Assembly (NCBI GenBank): GCA_002269645.1 | Contig: NIVC01000858.1 | Coordinates: 186,001-250,000, forward strand | Direction of reading: 5' to 3' | Source: Macrostomum lignano | Lineage: Eukaryota | Length of the DNA: 64,000 bases | Shown: piece by piece, positions 54,012-64,000 of the stretch | How positions within the stretch are numbered: position 1 is the first letter of the stretch | How the letters are laid out: every line of letters starts with the position of its first letter | The notes under the pieces: model-generated | What the model was told of the DNA's origin: nothing | Databases searched by the model: none | Seen by the model: only the letters and a program-made list of their open reading frames with translations | Made by a program: the position numbers and the translations under genes

Positions 54012-55037
54012 CAGCAGCAGCGGCCCGCCGCCGAGGCGGAAGCGGCCCTGGAGGAGCGGTTCGTCCACCGGGTGTACAGCTGCATGGCGCCCGCCCTCGC
54101 CTGCGCGGATGAAGGCGGCTCCGGCGGCTGCGCCAACCGGCGCGGCCCCCCAGCCTGCGTGCGCGACCTGCTGCGGGACCTGCCGCCCGGCTGCCTGCTG
54201 GCCGACCTCGGCTGCGGCCACTCCGCCGCCGCGCTGTCCCGCCTGGCTGCGGCGCGCGGCCACCTGGCGGTCGGCGCCGACATCTGCCTAGACCTGCTGC
54301 TGGCCGCCAACGACGACTGGCACCGGCGCCGGTCACGGGGCCGCCAGCGACGTCAGCCTCTGCTTGTCCAGGCCGACGTCCTCCGCTGCCCCCTGCGCTC
54401 CGCCGCTTTCGACGCCGTCACCTGCGTGTCGGTGGTGCACCACCTCGCCTCCCGAGACCGACGCCGCCGCCTCCTGGCCGAGGCTGCCCGCCTCCTTAGG
54501 CCCGGTGGCCGCCTCCTCGTCACCGCCTGGGCCTTCGAGCAGCCGGGCCGGCCGGCGAGGAGCTTCAACTGCCAGGACCTCCTCGTGCCGTGGGGCGCGC
54601 CGGAGCCTCCGCAGACTCCGGCTTTGCCGCCGCCGCCGAAGCCTCCGCCGCGGCCGGCGTGGCAGCGCCGCCTGAGCTCCCTGCCGCTGCTGGCCGGCTT
54701 CTTTGGCGGCAGCCGCAACGGCGGCGGCTCCGGCGACTGTCAAGCCGACAGCAGCGACTGCGAGAGCGACTCGAGCGACTGCGAGTTCCGCATCCGGGAG
54801 TTCCCCGCTTCGTCGTGCCCGCGCCGCCACACGGCCGGCGACTGCTTGTGCGACGGCGCCTGCGGAGCGGCGGGCGCGCCGGCCAGCGAGGGCCGCAGGC
54901 TGCGCTACTACCATGTGTTCAGGCAGGGTGAGCTGGCCGACTGCGCCCGCGGCCTCGGCCTGGACTGCCTGCGCGAGTGGCACGAGCAGGGCAACTGGTG
55001 CCTGTCGGCCAGGCGGATGCCCCCTTCATACTACTGA
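54012..55037 (+). CDS. SAM-dependent methyltransferase of the TRM9/ALKBH8-MTase/TRMT9B group. Begins at a splice acceptor; no own ATG before the conserved N-terminus
   Basis: LEERFVHRVY, LADLGCG, FDAVTCVSVVHHL..RRRRLL.E..RLLRPGG.LLV.AWA.EQ, DLLVPW, RYYHVF..GEL and GNWC. Acceptor TTCATTTGCAG at 54011. Confidence 0.8.
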   Translation, partial: QQQRPAAEAEAALEERFVHRVYSCMAPALACADEGGSGGCANRRGPPACVRDLLRDLPPGCLLADLGCGHSAAALSRLAAARGHLAVGADICLDLLLAANDDWHRRRSRGRQRRQPLLVQADVLRCPLRSAAFDAVTCVSVVHHLASRDRRRRLLAEAARLLRPGGRLLVTAWAFEQPGRPARSFNCQDLLVPWGAPEPPQTPALPPPPKPPPRPAWQRRLSSLPLLAGFFGGSRNGGGSGDCQADSSDCESDSSDCEFRIREFPASSCPRRHTAGDCLCDGACGAAGAPASEGRRLRYYHVFRQGELADCARGLGLDCLREWHEQGNWCLSARRMPPSYY

Positions 55038-55148
55038 CTGAGCTCCACGAGTAGTATCGGATTTGTCAAGCTCATCGAACTGTTGGCGCAGACTTAATGC
55101 TTCCATACTCTTTTTAACGTTTTATTACTCTGCAATTTCACACGCTGC

Positions 55149-56891
55149 ATGCGCTGTGCACTTTTATTGTTTGGTGTCGGGGCATTTTTGCGGTTCCAAA
55201 GTGGCTTCAGGTCAGGTCAGGTCACGCGGATTTCATGCTAGACTTATGCTAGACCGTTTTGCACATTCCAATATAAATTTTACTGAGAACTGCTGCAGCT
55301 TCCAATTGAAATATACTGAGGTTTTTATTTCTTCATTTATCAACGAACTTACAAATGTGCCTGTTATGCTGAGTCGTTTATTTCCTAGAGAAATTTCTAG
55401 GTTTTCAAATAGCAGTTTTCGATACATATCGGCTCTGGTTCGATATGTATTTCTAGATACCCACAGAAAAAACTATTTTTCGATACATATCGGCTCTGGT
55501 TCGATATATATGTCTAGATACCCATAGAAAAACTATTTTTCAATACATATCGGTGCTAATCCGAATCGCCATCCGCATTCGCCCGCAGTCGGCCGCGGCT
55601 GCCAAGTCAGCGGCAGCAGCAGCAGTGGCGGGCGGCCAGCTGCCCAGCCGCATCATCAGCCTGTCCGGCCAGCTGCGCTCCCGCACCCTGCAGACAATCC
55701 TGCGGCACACGGAGGAGCAGGGCCAGCGCTGGGCACGCTTTACCGAGCTCAACGCCCTGCTGAAGGGCTTCCGCAGTCACGAGCTGACGGTGCTGTGCGG
55801 CCGCACTGGCACCGGGAAGACCACCCTGCTGTCCGAGTACTCGCTGGACCTGTGCGAGCAGGGCGTGCCCACCCTTTGGGGCAGCTTCGAGGTGCCGCTG
55901 CACCGCCTCTGCTCCCTCATGCTGCACCAGTTCGCCGGCAGGCCGCTGCACCGCGAGCCCGTCGACACCGTCAACGCCGTGATGGACGCCTTCGGCTCGC
56001 TGCCGATGCACTTTCTCGACTATCACGGACCGCAGTCCACCGCCGCCGTGCTGCGCGACCTGGAGGCCGCCACGGCCGGCCCACTGGGGGTCCGGCACGC
56101 CGTCATCGACAACCTGCAGTTCCTGCTGGGCGGCGAGGCCGACGCCTCTATGGCAGACCGGTTCCTCCGCCAGGACCGGTTCGTGGGCCAGCTGCGCCAG
56201 CTGGTCAACCGCACCGGCCTGCACGTGTCGCTGGTGGCGCACCCGCGCAAGGAGGACCCGAAGAAGCTGCTGGACGTCGGCTCCGTCTACGGCGGCGGCA
56301 AGGTGACGCAGGAGGCGGACAACGTGCTGCTGCTGCAGGACGAGTCCGGACTGGACGACCGGCCGCACCCGCAGCGCTACCTGCAGGTCAGCTTCACCGC
56401 CTACCTCGCTTGCCTCATCAGCACTGGCCCCATGAGCTGTCCGGAAATAGTCTCCGATCCCACCTGAGAATCGTCTCCGATCCCACCTGAGAATCGTCTC
56501 CGATCCCACCTGAGAATCGTCTCCGATCCCACCTGAGAATCGTCTCCGATCCCACCTGAGAATCGTCTCCGATCCCACCTGAGAATCGTCTCCGATCCCA
56601 CCTGAGAATCGTCTCCGATCCCACCTGAGAATCGTCTCCGATCCCACCTGAGAATTGCCCCAATTCCACCTGAGAATCACCCTCAATCTCACCTGAGAAT
56701 CGCTGCAACCCACGCGACTCCAACCGCAGGTGGCGAAGAACCGACACGACGGGCAGCTGGGTCGCATGCCGCTGCTGTTCGACCGCCAGTCCAAGTCGTA
56801 CCGGCGGCTCCGCGCCCAGCAGCAGCAGGGAGGCTCAGCGCAGCCTGTCAGGGAATCCGGCTCGACCAGTGTTGCCGCATCCGGCTCCTGA
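55149..56891 (+). CDS. TWNK: Twinkle-like SF4 helicase, helicase domain only. Exons 55149-55220 (tentative presequence), 55589-56386, 56730-56891
   Basis: WARFTELNALLKGFRSHELTVLCGRTGTGKTTLLSEYSLDLC.QGV.TLWGSFE, IDNLQF, VAHPRKE, TQEADNVL.LQ and YLQ|VAKNRHDG.LG match Twinkle motifs H1-H4. The GCAG|GT junctions at 56386 and 56730 are in phase 0. The first exon is less certain. Confidence 0.85.
55415..55553. repeat. ~60-bp tandem triplication upstream of the Twinkle acceptor
   Basis: C(G/A)ATACATATCGG occurs at 55420, 55481 and 55541. Confidence 0.85.
56445..56700. repeat. 23-bp minisatellite (GAGAATCGTCTCCGATCCCACCT) in the Twinkle intron
   Basis: Direct reading. Confidence 0.93.
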
Positions 56892-57214
56892 CAGTGTGCT
56901 GCTTTTGCAATTGCTGCTAGTTTTGTCCGGACTTATGACTGCTTGCTTGAACAGCTGATGTTGCTACTGTCAGTAGAGTTGCGAGCTTCAGATTATAACG
57001 AACTATTTTTATTGGCCTCAGATTTTTACTATATTTTTGTCAGTGTTTATCGGCTCGATTCGGTCAACTGTGACTGTCAGCATCTGTATTTTTCATTGTT
57101 ATCTTTGAGCTGACGATTTCTGACTGTAATAACAGCTGATCCCCGATTTTTTGCGAATGGCATATTTACTGACTCTACACCTCTCACTTTGACTCTCTTC
57201 CGTGTCTCATCTAG

Positions 57215-57820
57215 TCTCACCCTGACTCTCATTCGTGTCTCACCCCTGACTCTCATCCGTGTCTCCATCCTGACTCTCATTCGTGCCTCCATCCTGACTC
57301 TCATCCGTGTCTCACCCCTGACTCTCATTCGTGTCTCCATCCTGACTCTCATTCGTGTCTCACCCCTGACTCTCATTCGTGTCTCAACCCTGACTCTCAT
57401 CCGTGTCTCACCCCTGACTCTCATCCGTGTCTCACCCCTGACTCTCATCCGTGTCTCCATCCTGACTCTCAACCGTGTCTCCATCCTGACACTCATCCGT
57501 GTCTCACCCCTGACTCTCATTCGTGTCTCAACCCTGACTCTCATCCGTGTCTCACCCCTGACTCTCAACCGTGTCTCCATCCTGACTCTCACCCGTGTCT
57601 CACCCCTGACTCTCATACGTGTCTCACCCCTGACTCTTATCCAGTCTCACCCCTGACTCTCATCCGTGTCTCCCCCCTGACTCTCATCCGTGCCTCACCC
57701 CTGACTCTCATCCGTGTCTCACCCCTGACTCTCAACCGTGTCTCCATCCTGACTCTCACCCGTGTCTCACCCCTGACTCTCATCCGTGTCTCACCCCTGA
57801 CTCTCAACCGTGTCTCAATG
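57215..57820. repeat. 24-bp minisatellite (CCTGACTCTCATCCGTGTCTCACC), about 25 copies
   Basis: Direct reading. Confidence 0.93.
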
Positions 57821-58544
57821 CAAGTTTTCCTGTCCAGCTGTGCAATTCCAGCAGCCCCCTGCTGATTGGCAAATTTGCCTGCTCGAGCTCCATTTTCAAG
57901 CTGGACACTCCATTTTGCCGCATTTCCTGTAAATTTCCGGTGTGTCATGCGAGCCGGGCAGCCAGTAAATCCTGAGGCTGTTCGCCCTGCCCGATCAGGC
58001 GGGCTCTCCGTTGGAGCGAAATAACTGCCTCTGTCTGAGTTTATCGGTCGGCTTTTCTTTATTTTAAATAAATAATTTTGCTCGGCCATTTCCTGCAATT
58101 GGTTGCTGGGCAAACAAAACTGCTGGGCGGCTCTCTGGAGAGTTGGGGATCTCCAATAAATGATGACAGAACCGCATCTGGCCCAGCAGAGCCGTCTTGG
58201 AAATTCTTAGAAAAAGCAAGAAGTCATTAGTAGGTATGCTGATCCGCATCAGCAGAGCGTGTTCTCAGCGCTGAGCAGCAATAAAAAATTCCGCCCTAAT
58301 GGGACTTGCTTTGCCGCTTCAGCAGCGGCACGAATTTCTACCCACCGGACTTTTTCTATCGGAGACCGCTTTCCTGGCAAACTGCTTTCCTCACTTCTGT
58401 GCTCATTAGTCCACTCCAACTTCACGCTAATGCAGGAATAAATAGGGGTGGAATACAGGTGGGAAAGCAGTCAGTCACGTGATGAGACTTCTACATTGGT
58501 TAGATAGTAATCCATTTTTACACTTCCTAGCTGTGTGAAGAACT

Positions 58545-58992
58545 GCTGCTTGCGGCATGGCGTACAGAGCCTGTCACGTGTCATACATGCTTGCGGCATG
58601 GCGTACAGAGCCTGTCACGGATCATGCGTGCTTGCGGCATGGCGTACAGAGCCTGTCACGTATCATGCGTGCTTGCGGCATGGCGTACAGAGCCTGTCAC
58701 GTATCATGCGTGCTTGCGGCATGGCGTACAGAGCCTGTCATGGATCACACGTGCTTGCGGCATGGCGTACAGAGCCTGTCACGGATCACACGTGCTTGCG
58801 GCATGGCGTACAGAGCCTGTCACGGATCATGCGTGCTTGCGACATGGCGTACAGAGCCTGTCACGGATCACACGTGCTTGCGGCATGGCGTACAGAGCCT
58901 GTCACGGATCACACGTGCTTGCGGCATGGCGTACAGAGCCTGTCACGGATCATGCGTGCTTGCGGCGCATGGCGTACAGAGCCTGTCACGGA
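58545..58992. repeat. 41-bp minisatellite (GTGCTTGCGGCATGGCGTACAGAGCCTGTCACGGATCATGC), about 11 copies
   Basis: Direct reading. Confidence 0.93.
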
Positions 58993-59934
58993 TTATGCAT
59001 GGGCACGTGCAGTTTTCCGCTGCACGCCGCACTGCAAGCAATTATACTGCCGGTTTGAACTGCTGGCCTGAAGCTACACGGCTACTGCAGTTCCTTGCCC
59101 AGTGCCACTGGACTGGGTATATATAGTGCGTACGTCCGTTTTCCTGACTGGATAAGGTCTCATGTCCGCCTGTCTGCGTCTGCCTGTCCGCCTGTCTGCA
59201 TCCGCCTGTCTGCGTCTGCCTGTCTGAATTTCATTATTTTTTGTCTGGCTACTATATAAATTTGTTTAATAACTATATGCATCTGAAACTTGAAAGCTCC
59301 GGTCTGTTTGAGTGAAAGCCAGGCTGAAGGCTTCAATACAATAACGGGGCTCTGATGTCGCACTCCGATTGCAGCTGAGATTCGATCGGGTCCGAAGCAG
59401 ATTTGCATTACAATGGGTACAATGGGGCACAGGTGGGGCTTTTCTGAACCGGCCCCCGCGTACGCGGTCTTTGGCTTTATGTAAATCTGCATGTTTATAG
59501 CGCCAGCGAATCGCAATTGAAACGTTAAAACCGGAATGCTGAAGAGGGAGCCGTTATTTCAACAACACCCAAATGCACTTCGCCCAGCCTGCGCTCATAG
59601 AGCATGTGGCCTCTCAAATCGATTAATTGAATTGCTCACTTTGTTGCCATGCAGGCCGCAGGTGCAATTAATTAATTGATTGGCAAACAGCAAAAGTGGG
59701 CGAGCAGAGAAACTCGCATCTGGCTGTTTTATATTCGCGCTTTTGTTCAAAGCTGCAGTTGCCATGCAGGTTGCATGAGGCAGGGGACCCGAACTGCCTG
59801 CTGCTACCGGTCAGCCCCCCCCCACTCAGCTGCTCAATTTGAACTCAGCCCACCGTGACTGCGGCTTCATCACAGACACCTGTGCCTGCAGCAGCATCGC
59901 TCGGGTGGGGAAACGTGGCCATTCACTATACTCA

Positions 59935-61627
59935 CATTGCTCATAGCCTGCAGTGAATAGGGTGTCTGAGCAGCTGAGCTCATTGCTCACAGCCTGCAGT
60001 GAATAGGGTGTCTGAGCAGCTGAGCTCATTGCTCACAGCCTGCAGTGAATAGGGTGTCTGAGCAGCTGAGCTCATTGCTCACAGCCTGCAGTGAATAGGG
60101 TGTCTGAGCAGCTGAGCTCATTGCTCACAGCCTGCAGTGAATAGGGTGTCTGAGCAGCTGAGCTCATTGGTCATAGCCTGCAGTGAATAGGGTGTCTGAG
60201 CAGCTGAGCTCATTGCTCACAGCCTGCAGTGAATAGGGTGTCTGAGCAGCTGAGCTCATTGCTCACAGCCTGCAGTGAATAGGGTGTCTGAGCAGCTGAG
60301 CTCATTGCTCACAGCCTGCAGTGAATAGGGTGTCTGAGCAGCTGAGCTCATTGCTCACAGCCTGCAGTGAATAGGGTGTCTGAGCAGCTGAGCTCATTGC
60401 TCACAGCCTGCAGTGAATAGGGTGTCTGAGCAGCTGAGCTCATTGCTCACAGCCTGCAGTGAATAGGGTGTCTGAGCAGCTGAGCTCATTGCTCACAGCC
60501 TGCAGTGAATAGGGTGTCTGAGCAGCTGAGCTCATTGCTCACAGCCTGCAGTGAATAGGGTGTCTGAGCAGCTGAGCTCATTGCTCACAGCCTGCAGTGA
60601 ATAGGGTGTCTGAGCAGCTGAGCTCATTGCTCACAGCCTGCAGTGAATAGGGTGTCTGAGCAGCTGAGCTCATTGCTCACAGCCTGCAGTGAATAGGGTG
60701 TCTGAGCAGCTGAGCTCATTGCTCACAGCCTGCAGTGAATAGGGTGTCTGAGCAGCTGAGCTCATTGCTCACAGCCTGCAGTGAATAGGGTGTCTGAGCA
60801 GCTGAGCTCATTGCTCATAGCCTGCAGTGAATAGGGTGTCTGAGCAGCTGAGCTCATTGCTCACAGCCTGCAGTGAATAGGGTGTCTGAGCAGCTGAGCT
60901 CATTGCTCACAGCCTGCAGTGAATAGGGTGTCTGAGCAGCTGAGCTCATTGCTCACAGCCTGCAGTGAATAGGGTGTCTGAGCAGCTGAGCTCATTGCTC
61001 ACAGCCTGCAGTGAATAGGGTGTCTGAGCAGCTGAGCTCATTGCTCACAGCCTGCAGTGAATAGGGTGTCTGAGCAGCTGAGCTCATTGCTCACAGCCTG
61101 CAGTGAATAGGGTGTCTGAGCAGCTGAGCTCATTGCTCATAGCCTGCAGTGAATAGGGTGTCTGAGCAGCTGAGCTCATTGCTCACAGCCTGCAGTGAAT
61201 AGGGTGTCTGAGCAGCTGAGCTCATTGCTCACAGCCTGCAGTGAATAGGGTGTCTGAGCAGCTGAGCTCATTGCTCATAGCCTGCAGTGAATAGGGTGTC
61301 TGAGCAGCTGAGCTCATTGCTCACAGCCTGCAGTGAATAGGGTGTCTGAGCAGCTGAGCTCATTGCTCACAGCCTGCAGTGAATAGGGTGTCTGAGCAGC
61401 TGAGCTCATTGCTCACAGCCTGCAGTGAATAGGGTGTCTGAGCAGCTGAGCTCATTGCTCACAGCCTGCAGTGAATAGGGTGTCTGAGCAGCTGAGCTCA
61501 TTGCTCACAGCCTGCAGTGAATAGGGTGTCTGAGCAGCTGAGCTCATTGGTCATAGCCTGCAGTGAATAGGGTGTCTGAGCAGCTGAGCTCATTGCTCAC
61601 AGCCTGCAGTGAATAGGGTGTCTGAGC
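59935..61627. repeat. 46-bp minisatellite (CATTGCTCACAGCCTGCAGTGAATAGGGTGTCTGAGCAGCTGAGCT), about 36 near-identical copies
   Basis: Direct reading. Confidence 0.96.
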
Positions 61628-62017
61628 CACTTCAACTGAGTTACATTTTTTGGTATGTTCGTGATTTAGGAGTGATGATGGAGATGTTAAGCGAGCTTTA
61701 GACGGAGAGTTCCTGTCCTGAAGTGGGAAGTTCCTGTCCTGAAATGGGGCTATCCTGAAATGGGGAATTGTTGCTTCAGTACCTTTCCAGGAATTTGTTG
61801 CAGAAACGCATCCGACAGCTGCACTGACTTGCTGGATTTCAGACTTCTGTTTTTTCTTCAAGCAGAAAGCAGGAAAGCCAAGCAAAGCAGAAGCGAGTTG
61901 TATTCATGGGCCACTTCCGCCGCGCTGTCCGTGTTTGCTTGCCAAATATTGAGAGAAAGCGGAGAGAATTCGAAGAAATTCAAGCTGCGCCAACAACCCA
62001 TGCGGCTGTGGTCGGTG

Positions 62018-62285
62018 GAGCTCAGACTGAGTGAGTCCGGTTCTGACCAATTGTTTAGCGGGAGCTCAGACTGAGTGAGTCCGGTTCTGACCAATTGTTT
62101 AGCGGGAGCTCAGACTGAGTGAGTCCGGTTCTGACCAATTGTTTAGCGGGAGCTCAGACTGAGTGAGTCCGGTTCTGACCAATTGTTTAGCGGGAGCTCA
62201 GACTGAGTGAGTCCGGTTCTGACCAATTGTTTAGCGGGAGCTCAGACTGAGTGAGTCCGGTTCTGACCAATTGTTTAGCGGAGCT
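62018..62285. repeat. 44-bp repeat (GAGCTCAGACTGAGTGAGTCCGGTTCTGACCAATTGTTTAGCGG), about 6 copies
   Basis: Direct reading. Confidence 0.93.
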
Positions 62286-62372
62286 GCTTGATTTGAGTTC
62301 GGTTTATTTCTTTTGTTATAAATGGTCAGTTGAATTTATTCATTCAGCCGAGGCCTGCGGGGTCATCCGGGG

Positions 62373-63144
62373 TCAGCTGAGCAGCTGCAGGCCGCGGTCC
62401 AGGTTCACCGAGTGCAGCATGGCGAAGTAGCACCGGCGGACGCACCTGGTCGACTCGTCGGAACAGCCGCAGGCGGCGGGCACCGGGGCGGCCATCTCGC
62501 GGAACAGCAGCCGCATCAGGCGGACCTCCGCACGCATCACGCCGATGTCCGCCACGCCGCCCAGGCAGCCGCGGCCGGTGCGGGCGCATTCCTCATCGTC
62601 TGGCATCAGCGGAGGCGGCGCGGGAGATGCCTGAGGTGGTGGGGCGAAGATCGCGCGATCACCTGAGCGTTTTGTGATCCCAACTTCTGGATTCCCTGAG
62701 CTCAGGGTCTGTCAGGTCAGTCAGGAGTCCTGAGCATCCCTGAGCTCAGGGTCTGTCAGGTCAGTCAGGAGTCCTGAGCATCCCTGAGCTCAGGGTCTGT
62801 CAGGTCAGTCAGGAGTCCTGAGCATCCCTGAGCTCTGAGTCTGTCAGGTCAGTCAGGAGTCCTGAGCATTCCTGAGCTCAGGGTCTGTCAGGTCAGTCAG
62901 GAGTCCTGAGCATCCCTGAGCTCAGGGTCTGTCAGGTCAGTCAGGAGTCCTGAGCATCCCTGAGCTCAGGGTCTGTCAGGTCAGTCAGGAGTCCTGAGCA
63001 TCCCTGAGCTCAGGGTCTGTCAGGTCAGTCAGGAGTCCTGAGCACCCTGAGCTCAGGGTCTGCAGTTCTGTCAGCTAGCCTCACCTGCACGAATCCGCAG
63101 GCGCAGCAGCACAAGAGAAGCAGAGCAGCGGCTGAGGCCCTCAT
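62373..63144 (-). CDS. Small secreted Cys-rich protein, 105 aa. Exons 63144-63085 and 62630-62373
   Basis: The signal-peptide-like MRASAAALLLLCCCACGFVQ ends at donor CAG|GTGAGG. Acceptor CCACCTCAG| continues in phase 0 into ASPAPPPLMPDDEECARTGRGC..CGCSDESTRCVRRCYFAMLHSVNLDRGLQLLS*. Confidence 0.7.
62695..63062. repeat. 44-bp minisatellite containing the 14-bp palindrome CCCTGAGCTCAGGG, about 8 copies, filling the intron of the secreted-peptide gene
   Basis: Direct reading. Confidence 0.94.
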
Positions 63145-63578
63145 GCTTGGGGAAATTCGTTTAGACTTTTGGCTTTTAAAATTTTTTTCTGGCTGGAAAG
63201 GGTGGAGGCGGAGCGGCAGAGGCTGGCCGGGCTGGCCGGAGCGGCCGGTTTTCATCTGAAGCAGCCCCGAAGCCATTAGGTGGGCAGGGGCCAATCAGGC
63301 CTCGCTACTGAGCAGTCCCGACTCCGAATTCATTTTGTCGGGTCGGAAATCAAAATTACATAAATAATTTTTTGCGGCCACAACAGGCCTGCATTAAATT
63401 TGAACATTGGAATTTAATTTCGGGCCTCGGCTGCAGCCCAACTTCCGCAGGTGACTGATCGCGCGAACAGCCGTCTCGGCGGGGGAAAATCGCTGCGTAA
63501 ATTAAAATTAAACCGCTCTGAACCGTTCTGCCTCTGACCTTGCTGTGACTTGGCTGTCTCAACAAAGCACAGAGCCAG

Positions 63579-64000
63579 CCCTAACCCTAGCCCTAGTAGC
63601 CCTAACCCTAGCCCTAGTAGCCCTAACCTTAGACCTAGTAGCCCTAACCCTAGCCCTAGTAGCCCTAACCTTAGACCTAGTAGCCCTAACCCTAGCCCTA
63701 GTAGCTCTAACCTTAGCCCTAGTAGCTCTAACCCTAGCCCTAGTAGCCCTAACCCTAGCCCTAGTAGCCCTAACCCTAGCCCTAGTAGCCCTAACCCTAG
63801 CCCTAGTAGCTCTAACCTTAGCCCTAGTAGCTCTAACCCTAGCCCTAGTAGCCCTAACCTTAGCCCTAGTAGCTCTAACCCTAGCCCTAGTAGCTCTAAC
63901 CTTAGCCCTAGTAGCTCTAACCCTAGCCCTAGTAGCTCTAACCCTAGCCCTAGTAGCTCTAACCCTAGCCCTAGTAGCCCTAACCCTAGCCCTAGTAGCT
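63579..64000. repeat. 21-bp telomere-like repeat (CCCTAA CCCTAG CCCTAG TAG), running off the window end
   Basis: Direct reading. Built from CCCTAA/CCCTAG hexamers. Confidence 0.92.

Noticed and set aside
59935-62285. CRISPR-like arrays (44-46 bp palindromic repeats)
   Set aside because: Units abut with no unique spacers, there are no cas genes, and the context is eukaryotic.
63579-64000. True chromosome telomere
   Set aside because: Wrong strand orientation for a right-hand end, and mostly non-canonical hexamers.

Overview
Eukaryotic (animal) genomic DNA. The GC-rich compact genes, C-rich 3' splice sites and pervasive minisatellites resemble a free-living flatworm such as Macrostomum; this is an inference, not a database match. 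Two gene-rich GC-rich blocks (about 1-23 kb and 42-64 kb) flank an AT-rich, gene-free block of repeats and transposon relics (about 25-42 kb). Recognisable genes: CLCC1-like (5' part outside the window), ALKBH3-like demethylase, POC1, CCT8, NPAS4/dysfusion-like bHLH-PAS, dynein light chain LC8, TRM9/ALKBH8-type methyltransferase and a Twinkle-like helicase. Two further genes were assembled by hand from splice signals: a 4-exon orphan of about 210 aa and a 105-aa secreted Cys-rich peptide. Most long ORFs in the supplied track are artefacts of tandem repeats. Main structural observation: most introns I could define (9-10 of about 13) are filled by their own private tandem array (20-60 bp units) with only short unique flanks carrying the splice sites, including a 10-kb intron that is about 99% one invariant 31-mer. 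Protein-level oddities: ALKBH3 carrying an RS-like region and a PAM2 motif, a Twinkle consisting only of the helicase domain, and a methyltransferase with no own start codon that could take its AUG from a spliced leader. Two single-base frameshifts in C-runs look like long-read errors.
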